A stretch of 64,000 bases of DNA from the NCBI GenBank assembly GCA_934757855.1, contig CAKVLR010000002.1, forward strand, positions 93,825 through 157,824, in the 5' to 3' direction. This DNA is from an uncultured Clostridia bacterium. Its GTDB lineage: Bacteria; Bacillota; Clostridia; Christensenellales; UBA1242. A model generated the notes under the pieces. It saw only the letters and a program-made list of their open reading frames with translations. It was not told the origin of the DNA and searched no databases. A program made the translations under genes and the position numbers. Of this stretch, positions 49,739 to 62,536 are shown in pieces; position 1 is the stretch's first letter; the number at the start of each line of letters is the position of its first letter.

Positions 49739-50935
49739 ATGGATTTATTTGAAAAATGTAAGACTTTTGACACTGCCAAAAAAGCGCAAGAATTGGGCAT
49801 TTACCCTTACTTTCACTATTTGGAGAGCGGTCAAGACACTGTCGTAAATATGGAAGGCCACAGAGTAATTATGATTGGTTCAAACAACTATTTAGGACTA
49901 ACAAGCCACCCAGAAGTCATTAATGCTGGTATAGAAGCATACAAAAAATATGGTTCTGGCTGTTCGGGTTCGCGTTTCTTGAATGGTACGCTTGACCTTC
50001 ATATGCAACTTGAAGATGAGTTGGCTAAATTTTTAAATCGTGAGGCTGTGATTACATTTGGTACAGGTTTCCAAAGTAACTTAGGTATCATTAGTGCAAT
50101 CGCAGGTAGAAACGATGTAATCCTTTGCGACAAGGAAAATCACGCAAGTATTTATGATGGTTGCCGTCTTAGTTATGCAAAAATGTACCGTTACGAACAC
50201 AACGATATGCAAGATTTGGAGCGCAATTTACAAAGCATACCTAGCGACAAAGGTATTTTGATTGTTACCGATGGCGTATTTAGTATGGGTGGCGATTTGT
50301 GCAAACTCCCTGAAATTGTGGCTCTTGCCAAAAAATATGGCGCGCGCATTATGATTGATGATGCACACGGTTTGGGTGTATTTGGTGCACACGGTCGCGG
50401 TACTGCCGAACACTTTGGACTTGAAGATGATGTTGATATCATTATGGGTACATTCTCAAAAAGTCTTGCTAGTCTTGGCGGTTTTATGGCTGGTAAAAAA
50501 GAGGTCGTTGACTATGTAAAGCATAACTCTCGCCCATTCATTTTCTCTGCAAGTATGACTCCTGCAAACGCTGCTTGTGCGCTTGCCGCTCTCAAAATTT
50601 TGGAGCGCGAGCCAGAACGCGTACAACACTTGCGCGAAATCACAGACTATATGCGTAATGCACTAAAAGTGCGCAATATTCCTATTCGCGAAAGCGTTGC
50701 CCCTATCATTCCTATTAACACATATGATGACCACAAGACATTCTATGCTTGTAAAGTGTTGTTTGAAAAAGGCGTATATGTAAACCCTTGCGTTAGCCCT
50801 TCTGTGCCAGTTGGCGAAGCAATTATTCGCACAAGTTACACAGCAACTCACACAAAAGAACTTATGGACGAAGCAGCGGATATTATCAAAGATGTATTTG
50901 AAAATGACTTGCCAAATATGCCAAAATTTGAATAA
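49739..50935 (+). CDS. PLP-dependent alpha-oxoamine synthase, serine-palmitoyltransferase-like
   Basis: 398 aa with GSNNYLGL, KYGSGCSGSRFLNGT, NHASIYDG, DDAHG and GTFSKSL (PLP lysine). The motif variants resemble SPT more than BioF or Kbl in my recollection. Confidence 0.7.
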   Translation: MDLFEKCKTFDTAKKAQELGIYPYFHYLESGQDTVVNMEGHRVIMIGSNNYLGLTSHPEVINAGIEAYKKYGSGCSGSRFLNGTLDLHMQLEDELAKFLNREAVITFGTGFQSNLGIISAIAGRNDVILCDKENHASIYDGCRLSYAKMYRYEHNDMQDLERNLQSIPSDKGILIVTDGVFSMGGDLCKLPEIVALAKKYGARIMIDDAHGLGVFGAHGRGTAEHFGLEDDVDIIMGTFSKSLASLGGFMAGKKEVVDYVKHNSRPFIFSASMTPANAACALAALKILEREPERVQHLREITDYMRNALKVRNIPIRESVAPIIPINTYDDHKTFYACKVLFEKGVYVNPCVSPSVPVGEAIIRTSYTATHTKELMDEAADIIKDVFENDLPNMPKFE

Positions 50936-51113
50936 TTACCCTATTTTAGATAAATTTAATGAAAAAATGCATCGTTTGGGTGCATTTTTTGTTTTGCGCA
51001 TAATTTGTGCTTAATTAATGCATTTTTAAATAAAAAATTAAAATTTTATTTGTATATATTGACATTATTGAAAGATTAATTTATACTAATTAAAATTTTT
51101 TAGTAGGTAAAAA

Positions 51114-51449
51114 ATGAATGAGCAATATTTAGGAAAAATTGTAAATGTCACTATGGACCGCCCACTAGGTTCAAAGCACCCAAAACACGGATTTATTTAT
51201 GAAGTAAATTATGGTTTTATACCAAATACAATTTCTGGTGATGGTGAAGAATTAGATGCGTATGTATTAGGCGAGCATAAGCCTCTCAAAGAATTTGAAG
51301 GCGAAGTTATCGCAATAATTCACAGGACAAATGATGATGATGACAAATTGGTAGTTGTTGCAAAAGGCAAAAATTATACTGATGAGCAAATTCGCGCGCT
51401 TACTGAATTTCAAGAACAATGGTTTACCTCTGTTATTATTAGAAAATAG
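51114..51449 (+). CDS. Small inorganic pyrophosphatase-like protein
   Basis: 111 aa. GFIPNTISGDGEELDAYVL resembles the family I PPase DGDP.D motif region. The protein is shorter than canonical PPases. Confidence 0.5.
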   Translation: MNEQYLGKIVNVTMDRPLGSKHPKHGFIYEVNYGFIPNTISGDGEELDAYVLGEHKPLKEFEGEVIAIIHRTNDDDDKLVVVAKGKNYTDEQIRALTEFQEQWFTSVIIRK

Positions 51450-51462
51450 TAAAAATAAAAAA

Positions 51463-51520
51463 AAGCCCCGCAAGGCAAGTAGCACAAATTTTGTGTTATC
51501 TGCTTGTAGGGCTTAATTTT
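51463..51520. terminator. Bidirectional imperfect long hairpin terminator
   Basis: AAGCCC...CAAG...CACAAA / TTTGTG...CTTG...GGGCTT, flanked by an A-run (51451-51464) and a T-run (51517-51522), between convergent genes. Confidence 0.6.
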
Positions 51521-52063
51521 TTATTCGTAATCAGGGTCAATTACACCATAATCCCCTTCCGCACGCTTGTAAATTACATTTACTTTTCCATTTTCAGGAT
51601 TGATGTAAACATAGAAAGCGTGGTCGGAATTTTCAAGTTCCATAATCGCTTCATTTACTGTCAAAGGAGTAATATTGAAGTTTTTAGTCTTGCTAACTTT
51701 ACATTCCTCAGGTTTAATCTCAAAGTCAAAGTCATCATTAAACAATAATTCATTCAATTTTGCATTTTTGCGCAATTTGTCTTGAATTTTTGAAGAATAC
51801 TTAACAATTTGTCTTTCGACTTTTGGTAAAGCAAGGTCAATATTTTGGTACATATTGTCACTTATTACCTCGCTACGGAACAAAAGCCCCTTGTCTTTGA
51901 TAGTCAATTCTAGTTTAAAATTGTCTTTTCCTATGCGAGAACAAACAATTTTTGCAGAAGCAGTGTCCTCAAAATAGCGGTCAAGCCTTGCAACCTTTTC
52001 CCTAATGATACCCTCTAATTTTTCACTAACTGTGTAGTTTTTTGCCATAATTTGAATTTGCAT
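51521..52063 (-). CDS. hpf: Ribosome hibernation promoting factor, long form
   Basis: ATG at 52063, 6 nt after an AGGAGGTG RBS; the ORF-track GTG lies inside the RBS. It has an N-terminal S30AE domain and the C-terminal dimerisation domain typical of long HPF. Confidence 0.85.
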   Translation of the reverse strand: MQIQIMAKNYTVSEKLEGIIREKVARLDRYFEDTASAKIVCSRIGKDNFKLELTIKDKGLLFRSEVISDNMYQNIDLALPKVERQIVKYSSKIQDKLRKNAKLNELLFNDDFDFEIKPEECKVSKTKNFNITPLTVNEAIMELENSDHAFYVYINPENGKVNVIYKRAEGDYGVIDPDYE

Positions 52064-52120
52064 AACAGTCACCTCCTGACGATTTTAGTATATCAAATTT
52101 TACAAAAATTAGCAAACGAA

Positions 52121-52732
52121 TTAACGCAAAAGATACAAACCTGCCAAAATAATCGCTTCAGCGAGAGCAATGATTGCGGTTATGCAACCCACCCACGAAA
52201 TAGTGAGTTTGTGCGATTTTGCGATAGCGATTATCCCCAAAACCATTGCTGAAATACTGCACACGACACTGCCGATTAGCCCTATAACTGGCGCTAATAT
52301 AACAAAAAATAAGTAATACAAAAAGTCCATTCGTGAGGTGTCGGTCATATCAGGGCTTACTGCAAGGTAAATTATCAAAAAAATAGAGCAAAGTATTGCA
52401 AAAATTGCCAACACCAACGCAGCGGTCCCATAACTTGTGAGTTGATTGTTTTGTTTACGCTGATATGCTGGCACATCTTTTAGATACTCATCGTAGCTAT
52501 CTCGCTGTGGCTCATTGTTATTCAGCATAAACATAGTCGGCTCGTGTTTTTTAGGAGGCTCAAAAATTTTATTATCGCTGCGTTTTTGCTCTATTTCTTG
52601 CTTTTCTTTGAGTTTAGAAGCAAAATCTTGTTGCAAATCATCTTGTTTTTTGAGTTTTGCAACATTTTCTAGCACTTCGTTTGCAGTTTCTATTTGCTCT
52701 TGATTTGCAACATTTTCGCTATCACTTTTCAT
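52121..52732 (-). CDS. Membrane protein, unknown function
   Basis: 203 aa with an acidic/lysine-rich N-terminal half and four hydrophobic segments in the C-terminal half. Confidence 0.55.
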   Translation of the reverse strand: MKSDSENVANQEQIETANEVLENVAKLKKQDDLQQDFASKLKEKQEIEQKRSDNKIFEPPKKHEPTMFMLNNNEPQRDSYDEYLKDVPAYQRKQNNQLTSYGTAALVLAIFAILCSIFLIIYLAVSPDMTDTSRMDFLYYLFFVILAPVIGLIGSVVCSISAMVLGIIAIAKSHKLTISWVGCITAIIALAEAIILAGLYLLR

Positions 52733-52878
52733 TTGCTACCTCCTTGTCAATTTGTATATAATTCTACCATATCGGTGTTATTCTAGCAAGCAAAAAACTA
52801 TATAATTTTAAATTGCTACATATTCGACAAAAAGTATAAAAAAACCACCTCTTAAATCTAAGAAGTGATTTTTAAAAA

Positions 52879-53556
52879 TTAGTTTGCTTGAACTTTTACG
52901 CCTGGTCCCATTGTTGCAGCCAAAGTAACGCTCTTTAAGTAAGTACCCTTACTTGCAGCAGGTTTTGCTCTAACAATAGCGTCCATAAGTACTTGGTAGT
53001 TTTCCATTAATTTGTCAACACCAAAACTTACTTTTCCGATAGGACAGTGAATAATGTTGCTCTTGTCCAAACGGTATTCAACTTTACCAGCTTTAAATTC
53101 TTTTACAGCCTTTGCTACATCAGTAGCAACAGTACCACTCTTTGGTGTAGGCATCAAACCCTTTGGACCAAGGATTTTTGCCACACGGCCCAAAAGACCA
53201 AATGCATCAGGAGTAGTGATACATACATCAAAGTCCAACCAACCGCCAGCGATTTTTGCCACAGTTTCTTCTGCGCCAACATAGTCAGCGCCTGCTTGTG
53301 TAGCAAGGTCAGCGTTGTCGCCCTTCGCAATTACTAAAACGCGTACATTTTTACCAGTACCTGCTGGAAGTACAACGGTACCACGCACTTGTTGGTCTGC
53401 TTGTTGTCCATCAACACCCAACTTAATGTGAAGTTCTACAGTTTCATCAAATTTTGCAGTCGCTGTCTTGATTGCCATTTCGATAGCATCTTTAGGAGCG
53501 TATAATTTAGTGCTGTCAACTAATTGAGCAGCTGCTTGATATTTCTTACCTTTCAT
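52879..53556 (-). CDS. rplA: 50S ribosomal protein L1
   Basis: The L1 pattern runs throughout (MKGKKY..., [19 protein letters not shown]). ATG at 53556 is 8 nt after GGAGG. Confidence 0.95.
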   Translation of the reverse strand: MKGKKYQAAAQLVDSTKLYAPKDAIEMAIKTATAKFDETVELHIKLGVDGQQADQQVRGTVVLPAGTGKNVRVLVIAKGDNADLATQAGADYVGAEETVAKIAGGWLDFDVCITTPDAFGLLGRVAKILGPKGLMPTPKSGTVATDVAKAVKEFKAGKVEYRLDKSNIIHCPIGKVSFGVDKLMENYQVLMDAIVRAKPAASKGTYLKSVTLAATMGPGVKVQAN

Positions 53557-53571
53557 ATACATTTCCTCCTA

Positions 53572-54012
53572 TTACGCTTGCTCATCATCAACAACGGTTA
53601 CACCCATACTGCGAGCAGTACCCGCTACCATAGACATAGCCGCTTCAACTGAAGCTGCGTTTAAATCCTTCATTTTAGTTTCTGCAATTTCACGAACTTG
53701 TGATTTTTTGATTGAACCAACATTCATCTTAGGGGTCTTTGCACTACCCTTTTCAATGCCCATTGCTTTTTTGATTAAAACTGCTGCAGGTGGAGTTTTG
53801 TAAACGATCTCAAAACTACGGTCTGCATAAATTTTGATTATTACTGGAATAATCAAGCCAACTTGGCTAGCGGTTGCATCGTTAAATTGCTTGATAAAAG
53901 CACCGATGTTTACACCGTGAGGACCAAGGGCACCACCAAGTTGTTGACCAGCGGTCGCCTTACCAGCAGGCAACTGCGCTTTAACAACTGCTACAGGTTT
54001 TCTTTCTGCCAT
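53572..54012 (-). CDS. rplK: 50S ribosomal protein L11
   Basis: [36 protein letters not shown] is the L11 N-terminus. ATG at 54012 has a GAGGAG RBS. The ORF-track extension is upstream leader sequence. Confidence 0.95.
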   Translation of the reverse strand: MAERKPVAVVKAQLPAGKATAGQQLGGALGPHGVNIGAFIKQFNDATASQVGLIIPVIIKIYADRSFEIVYKTPPAAVLIKKAMGIEKGSAKTPKMNVGSIKKSQVREIAETKMKDLNAASVEAAMSMVAGTARSMGVTVVDDEQA

Positions 54013-54168
54013 AATAAATTCTCCTCTTGTGGTACTAACGAATAAAACGCTCAAAAAATTTCATTTTATTCTCCCACCGAATATGTTTATCGCAAACGCG
54101 TATAAACCAAAATTTTTTAATGCTTTTAGTACTATTACACTTACCAAAAGCACTAAACCTTAATCAAT

Positions 54169-54269
54169 GTGCTTAGCGCGCGTGTGTCTATACAACGCAC
54201 GGCAAAATTGCATGGCAATTTTGCAACCGCCAAACTAAACAAAAGTTTAGTTGCGGGCGCGCTAAGCAC
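54169..54269 (-). promoter_or_regulatory. Candidate structured RNA element (GC-clamped three-stem fold) between nusG and rplK
   Basis: A 13-bp perfect outer stem (54169-54181 with 54257-54269) encloses two hairpins: GCAAAATTGC/GCAATTTTGC (54202-54224) and AACTAAAC/GTTTAGTT with a GC extension (54227-54256). Confidence 0.5.
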
Positions 54270-54286
54270 CGCCGTAATAAGTGTAA

Positions 54287-54817
54287 CTAAATCTTTGTAA
54301 CTTGCGAATAAGGAAGTTCGAGCGGGGTTTCCCTACCGAACATATTTACAGACACACTGCAACGCTGGTTTTCAGCATCAACTTTTGTAACTTTACAAAC
54401 AGTGTCCATCAAAGCACCACTCAAAATCTTAACTTCATCGCCAACTTCCAAAGTAAAGTCAACGACAACTTTTTCTAGGTGCATCTTGCGGATTTCTTCA
54501 TCAGTCAAAGGCAAAGGACGCCCTTTTGGACCAACGAAGCCAGTTATTCCGCGTGTGTGAGTTATGGTGTGCCAAATATCATCACCATAAATCATTTTTA
54601 TGAAAATATAGCAAGGCATAGACTTGCGGGTAACGATTTTGCGCTTACCGTTGTTTTCCTCAATCACATCTTCGGTAGGAATTACGATTTCAAAAATACG
54701 GTCGTGCAAGTTACCATTTTCAACCACTTGTTCAAGGTTTTGCTTTGCAACTGCTTCATAACCTGAAAAAGTGTGCAAAATATACCATTTAGGTTCTGTA
54801 CTCATAAAATTTGACAT
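54287..54817 (-). CDS. nusG: Transcription termination/antitermination factor NusG
   Basis: 176 aa with an NGN domain (KWYILHTFSGYE) and a KOW motif (GDEVKILSGALMDTVCKVTKVD), plus an AGGAGG RBS. Confidence 0.93.
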   Translation of the reverse strand: MSNFMSTEPKWYILHTFSGYEAVAKQNLEQVVENGNLHDRIFEIVIPTEDVIEENNGKRKIVTRKSMPCYIFIKMIYGDDIWHTITHTRGITGFVGPKGRPLPLTDEEIRKMHLEKVVVDFTLEVGDEVKILSGALMDTVCKVTKVDAENQRCSVSVNMFGRETPLELPYSQVTKI

Positions 54818-54830
54818 TTTACATTACCTC

Positions 54831-55367
54831 CTAAACTATTGGTTTGCCTTGTAGCAAGTTGTATAGCATTGACAAAATAAAGTCAAAAGCAAACAAGCAT
54901 ACACCAAAGAAAATAACCACTGCTAGCACAACACCAGTTTTCTTAACCACATTTTTAAAACTAGGCCAAGAAACTTTTTTAAGTTCGCTAACTGTTTCTT
55001 TAATGCGCTTACCTACGCCACGCTTTTCTTTGACTGGCTTTTTATTTTTAGCATTTTTGTTAGATTTGGCATCGGCTTTTTTGTCCTCAGCCTTTTTGTC
55101 CTTTGTGTCCGCTACATTTTCATTTTGAATGTCAACAGGTTGTTCGTTTGCATCTTTTTCGACAATAACCTCATCAGCCTCAACAGTTTTGGCAATTTCA
55201 GCCTCTTGTTTGGCTTTGAGGCGTGCTTCTTGTTCCTCCAACTTTTTCTGCTCAGCCTCAGCATTTTGGGCTTCAATCATTTTGTTTTGAGAAATCAATG
55301 CCTTGATGTTTTTAGCATTCGAACCCGCATTAGCACTCTTTTTAGACTTAGATTTAGATTTTGACAT
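54831..55367 (-). CDS. secE: Preprotein translocase subunit SecE with a ~115-aa K/E/A-rich N-terminal extension
   Basis: The C-terminal ~60 aa (VSELKKVSWPSFKNVVKKTGVVLAVVIFFGVCLFAFDF) is the SecE core. It sits between rpmG and nusG. Confidence 0.85.
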   Translation of the reverse strand: MSKSKSKSKKSANAGSNAKNIKALISQNKMIEAQNAEAEQKKLEEQEARLKAKQEAEIAKTVEADEVIVEKDANEQPVDIQNENVADTKDKKAEDKKADAKSNKNAKNKKPVKEKRGVGKRIKETVSELKKVSWPSFKNVVKKTGVVLAVVIFFGVCLFAFDFILSMLYNLLQGKPIV

Positions 55368-55411
55368 TTTGCCTCCTAATTCGCACTCGTCATATAAAAA
55401 TTAATTCGCAA

Positions 55412-55561
55412 TTATTTGCTTTCTTTGTGAATAGTGTGCTTTTTGCAGAATGGGCAGTACATACTGATTTCCATACGGTCAGGGTCGTTCTTCTTGTTCT
55501 TTTCAGAAGTGTGTGTGTATCTCTTGCATTCTGTGCAAGCAAGTTTAATGTTTACGCGCAT
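55412..55561 (-). CDS. rpmG: 50S ribosomal protein L33 (not in the ORF track, 49 aa)
   Basis: My translation of the minus strand is [49 protein letters not shown]. It has the C-x2-C ... C-x2-C zinc ribbon, a GAGGTG RBS 6 nt upstream, and the canonical position before secE. Confidence 0.9.
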   Translation of the reverse strand: MRVNIKLACTECKRYTHTSEKNKKNDPDRMEISMYCPFCKKHTIHKESK

Positions 55562-55799
55562 TTATAGCACCTCGCTTAATAAAAAATTACACTACTTTAC
55601 GGCAGTGTGTAAAGTATTATAGCATAAGATTTACAAAAAATCAAGAGAAAAAACTAATTTTTTAGTGATTTTGTTCAAAAATTTATATACTAATATATAA
55701 GAATTGATTTGCTGTATTTTATTTTTCTCCGCAAGTATGCAATTTTGTTTGCTAAATTATATCAAAAAGTGTATAATTATAGTAAAAGTTAGGTGTGCT

Positions 55800-56285
55800 A
55801 TGGCAAAAATTAAAAAAGATTTTTTATGCAATTTAATATTTAAAGTGCTGGCAAGAGGCGTGGTAGTATTAAATAAGAAAGATACCGAAATTCGTGATAA
55901 TCTTGCTGATTTGCCTGAAAATTTTGTGATAGGTTTGGGCGTATTCCCTTTTGGTGAATATATCTATATCGTAAAGGAAAACGGCAAGTTTTTTGTAAGT
56001 AAAATTGCAAGAAATGCGGATTTGAATGTAATTTTTAAAAATGCAAAATCTGCCAAAAAAGTTATGCTTGCGCGGTCTAGTATTGCGGAGAGTTTTTGTA
56101 GACACGATATAATCGTAAAGGGAGATATTGCGCTTGCGATGACACTAGTTAGAGTCATAAACCGTGCGGAAAAATATCTATTCCCCCACTTTATGACCAA
56201 ACGCTTTTTGCCTAAAATTAAAAAGCAAACTTGCAGTGTCGGTGTGTATTGCAAAATATTTTTTAGCAAAATAAATAAGGAGTAA
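55800..56285 (+). CDS. Hypothetical protein co-transcribed with the alcohol dehydrogenase gene
   Basis: ATG at 55800 is preceded by AGGTG and a TATAAT-like box (tgtataatt). The ORF-track N-terminal extension is unlikely to be coding. No family recognised. Confidence 0.5.
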   Translation: MAKIKKDFLCNLIFKVLARGVVVLNKKDTEIRDNLADLPENFVIGLGVFPFGEYIYIVKENGKFFVSKIARNADLNVIFKNAKSAKKVMLARSSIAESFCRHDIIVKGDIALAMTLVRVINRAEKYLFPHFMTKRFLPKIKKQTCSVGVYCKIFFSKINKE

Positions 56286-56288
56286 GTT

Positions 56289-57461
56289 ATGTATTTTGAA
56301 TTTATAAATTCCGTTAAAATTTGTTCGGGCGAAAACGCTCTCGAAAACATTGGTTACGAACTCGATTTTTTGGGTTGCACCCACCCTATGATTTTGAGTG
56401 ATAACGGCATAAAAAAGAGTGGACTTTTAGACAAAGTGCTTGCCATTTTAAAGCAAAATGGAGTAAATTGCGATTGCGTGTTTACCGATATTCCAGCCGA
56501 TAGTAGCACGGCAGTTATCAATGAAATAGCGCAAAACTATGCGCAAAACGAATGTAACGGCATTATTGCGTGCGGTGGTGGTTCGGTAATTGATACAGCA
56601 AAAGGCGCAAGACTTGTTTTGTCGCAAAAAAGCAACGATATTTTGGCACTTTCTGGAAATGAAGTGATAAAAAAAGGTAATCATATTCCTTTTGTTGTGC
56701 TACCCACCACCTGCGGGACTGGTAGCGAATGTACGGCAGTTGCGGTTATCAAAAATCACGGCACAAGCATCAAAATGGAGTTTATTTCGAGCGAACTTTT
56801 ACCTGATACGACTATCATTGATGCAAGGCTAACCGAAACCCTGCCCGCTAGGCTAATTGCAAGTAGCGCAATGGACGCATTAGTGCATTGTATCGAGGCT
56901 TTTTCTAGCGCGCAAAAAAATCCTATTAGCGATGCGTACGCCTCTGCTGGTATGAAAATGATTGTAGAAAATTTACCAAAAGTGCTTTCCGCCCCAACAA
57001 AAGAAGCAAGACAAACACTAAATCTTGCTTCTACCCTTGCGGGTATCGCATTTAGTAACGCAATGGTTGGTGCAGTCCACGCAATTGGTCACGCGTGCGG
57101 TGGCGAATGTGGCGTACCTCACGGAAACGCTATGGCAGTACTTTTGCCCGCTTGTATGAAATTTAACCTTGATGCGTGCCGTGCGGAATATGGTGAAATG
57201 CTATTATATCTTGCTGGTGCTGATATTTACGCCTCTACACCTAGTGATAAACGCGCGGAAAAAACCATAGAATTTGTGATTGACTTTGAGCAAAAAATTC
57301 AGCAACTTAGCGGTATTTCCCTGCGTTTGAGCGATTATAATGTAACAAAAGAAAACTTGCCCGCAATCGCCAAAAAAGCCCTTAATGATGGTGCTTCTAT
57401 CGCAAATAAAAAGACCCTCACCGAGCCTGATATTATGAACATTTTGCAAAAAAGCCTATAA
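56289..57461 (+). CDS. Iron-containing (group III) alcohol dehydrogenase
   Basis: 390 aa with GGGSVIDTAKG and the metal-binding histidines (AMDALVHCIEAF, VHAIGHACGG..HG). Confidence 0.85.
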   Translation: MYFEFINSVKICSGENALENIGYELDFLGCTHPMILSDNGIKKSGLLDKVLAILKQNGVNCDCVFTDIPADSSTAVINEIAQNYAQNECNGIIACGGGSVIDTAKGARLVLSQKSNDILALSGNEVIKKGNHIPFVVLPTTCGTGSECTAVAVIKNHGTSIKMEFISSELLPDTTIIDARLTETLPARLIASSAMDALVHCIEAFSSAQKNPISDAYASAGMKMIVENLPKVLSAPTKEARQTLNLASTLAGIAFSNAMVGAVHAIGHACGGECGVPHGNAMAVLLPACMKFNLDACRAEYGEMLLYLAGADIYASTPSDKRAEKTIEFVIDFEQKIQQLSGISLRLSDYNVTKENLPAIAKKALNDGASIANKKTLTEPDIMNILQKSL

Positions 57462-57524
57462 ACTAAAAAGCCTTTTTTAAGGGCTTTTTTTGTAAAACAC
57501 GACTAAAATTGAATCTTAATTTTA

Positions 57525-58454
57525 TTATGCTTTATTAGCCGAATGAAGGACATTTGTCATTTTATCTTTTACAAACTCACGCATAGCATCTTTGCTGGCT
57601 TGCAAGTACTTGCGCGGATCAAAAACGGTTGGGTTTTCAGCCAAAAATTTACGCACGGTTGCGGTAAACACCATACGCAAATCCGTGTCGCAATTCACCT
57701 TGCTAATACCATTTGCGCACGCGAGTGCAATCATTTCCTCAGGCACGCCTTTTGCGCCTTGCACATTACCGCCGAACTCGTTTATCGTGCTGACATATTT
57801 TTGAGGCACGCTACTTGCACCGTGCAAAACGAGTGGAGTATCAGGCAAAAGAGAATTTACTGCTTGCAAAATATCAATTCGCAATTTTGCATCGCCGTTA
57901 AATTTGTATGCACCGTGACTAGTACCGATTGCAATAGCGAGGCTATCTACCCCAGTTTTCTTGACAAAATCAACCGCTTGCTCGGGGTCAGTATAACGGT
58001 GGACATCGCTAGAAACATCATCTTCTACGCCCGCAAGCACGCCAAGTTCACCCTCGACCACCACGCCTCTTTTGTGCGCGTAATCAACCACTTTTTTGGT
58101 AATTGCGACATTTTCCTCATAAGGCAAACTGCTACCATCTATCATTACACTATTAAAGCCCAAATCAATTACATTTGTTACTGTATCGTATGTTTTACCG
58201 TGGTCCAAGTGCAATGCAACTGGCGCATCGGTCATCTCTAAAATGCCATTTGCTATATACTTTATATAATGAGGTTCTGCATATCTAAGTCCCCCCTCAC
58301 TCAGTGCCAAAATCGCAGGAGAATTACACTCTGCACTTGCATCAACAATCGCGCGCATAATCTCGATACTGCTAAAATTGAAATGCCCTACGCCGTATTT
58401 ACCTTTTTTCGCTTTCATAAGCATTTCGTACTCGTTCGCAAACTTATTTGCCAT
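57525..58454 (-). CDS. fba: Fructose-bisphosphate aldolase, class II
   Basis: 309 aa with VALHLDHG, GTSHGAYKF and LVLHGASSVP. Confidence 0.9.
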   Translation of the reverse strand: MANKFANEYEMLMKAKKGKYGVGHFNFSSIEIMRAIVDASAECNSPAILALSEGGLRYAEPHYIKYIANGILEMTDAPVALHLDHGKTYDTVTNVIDLGFNSVMIDGSSLPYEENVAITKKVVDYAHKRGVVVEGELGVLAGVEDDVSSDVHRYTDPEQAVDFVKKTGVDSLAIAIGTSHGAYKFNGDAKLRIDILQAVNSLLPDTPLVLHGASSVPQKYVSTINEFGGNVQGAKGVPEEMIALACANGISKVNCDTDLRMVFTATVRKFLAENPTVFDPRKYLQASKDAMREFVKDKMTNVLHSANKA

Positions 58455-58618
58455 AATTGCTCCTTTTTTGTTTAAAACTAACTATATTTTAACCGAATTT
58501 TGTAAAAATAGCAAATAAATTGTAAAAGTTAGTCAAATTCATTTGAAAAAAAACAAATAAAATAATATAATATGTATAAACTAAACTTGAATTAGTTAAA
58601 AATTGAGAGGTATTATTT

Positions 58619-60855
<2,237 letters not shown>

Positions 60856-60864
60856 GGAGATTAA

Positions 60865-61344
60865 ATGCGCTGTCCAAATTGTGGTGCTAGAATGAACAAA
60901 AATGTCAACATTTGCTATAAATGTGGCACAAAATTATCACAAATTCAGCACGCCAGTCATCAAGCGGTAACAAAGGCTCGCGCAGAGTTTGAGCCTGAAA
61001 AAGTGGTATATACTACCTACCCGCCCGCTGATTTAAACTATAAAAATACTCTTTTACTTTGCATATTTTTAGGACTTTTTGGTGCGCATTATTTCTATGT
61101 AAAACGCCCTATCGTAGGCACAATTTTTTGCGTGTGTTGGTCGATTGTTATATTATTTAATGTCATTTGTGGCGCGGTATGTGGCGTGGTAAACGGGCTA
61201 CCTGATTACGAAAGTTATGGATTACAAGTGCCATTTGTGTTTATCGCAATGATGAGCGCACTATTGACTTGTTTTTGGGTATATGATATATTTAGAATTG
61301 CTTTCAAACGATTTAAAGTACCCGTTGTACTAGAAGATAAATGA
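60865..61344 (+). CDS. Zinc-ribbon plus TM2-domain membrane protein
   Basis: N-terminal CPNCG...CYKCG zinc ribbon. TM2-like LLLCIFLGLFGAHYFYVKRP. Confidence 0.65.
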   Translation: MRCPNCGARMNKNVNICYKCGTKLSQIQHASHQAVTKARAEFEPEKVVYTTYPPADLNYKNTLLLCIFLGLFGAHYFYVKRPIVGTIFCVCWSIVILFNVICGAVCGVVNGLPDYESYGLQVPFVFIAMMSALLTCFWVYDIFRIAFKRFKVPVVLEDK

Positions 61345-61351
61345 GGTTTAA

Positions 61352-62434
<1,083 letters not shown>

Positions 62435-62441
62435 CAAAATT

Positions 62442-62466
62442 ACGCGGGTTCCCCCAGCGTTTTTTA
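62442..62466 (+). terminator. Intrinsic terminator after mnmA
   Basis: ACGCGGG-ttcc-CCCaGCGT hairpin (7 bp with one bulge) followed by TTTTT. Confidence 0.6.
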
Positions 62467-62536
62467 AAATAAAAAATACTACATTTTTTCAAGTGGACTA
62501 AGCCCCGCTTTATTTTTTGCAGTATTTTCATTAAAA

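Noticed and set aside
52121-53556. rplA is not followed by rplJ-rplL
   Set aside because: This is a gene-order difference from model organisms only. It cannot be evaluated from one window and is probably lineage-typical.
57543-58241. 232-aa plus-strand ORF
   Set aside because: It is antisense to the well-supported class II aldolase gene.
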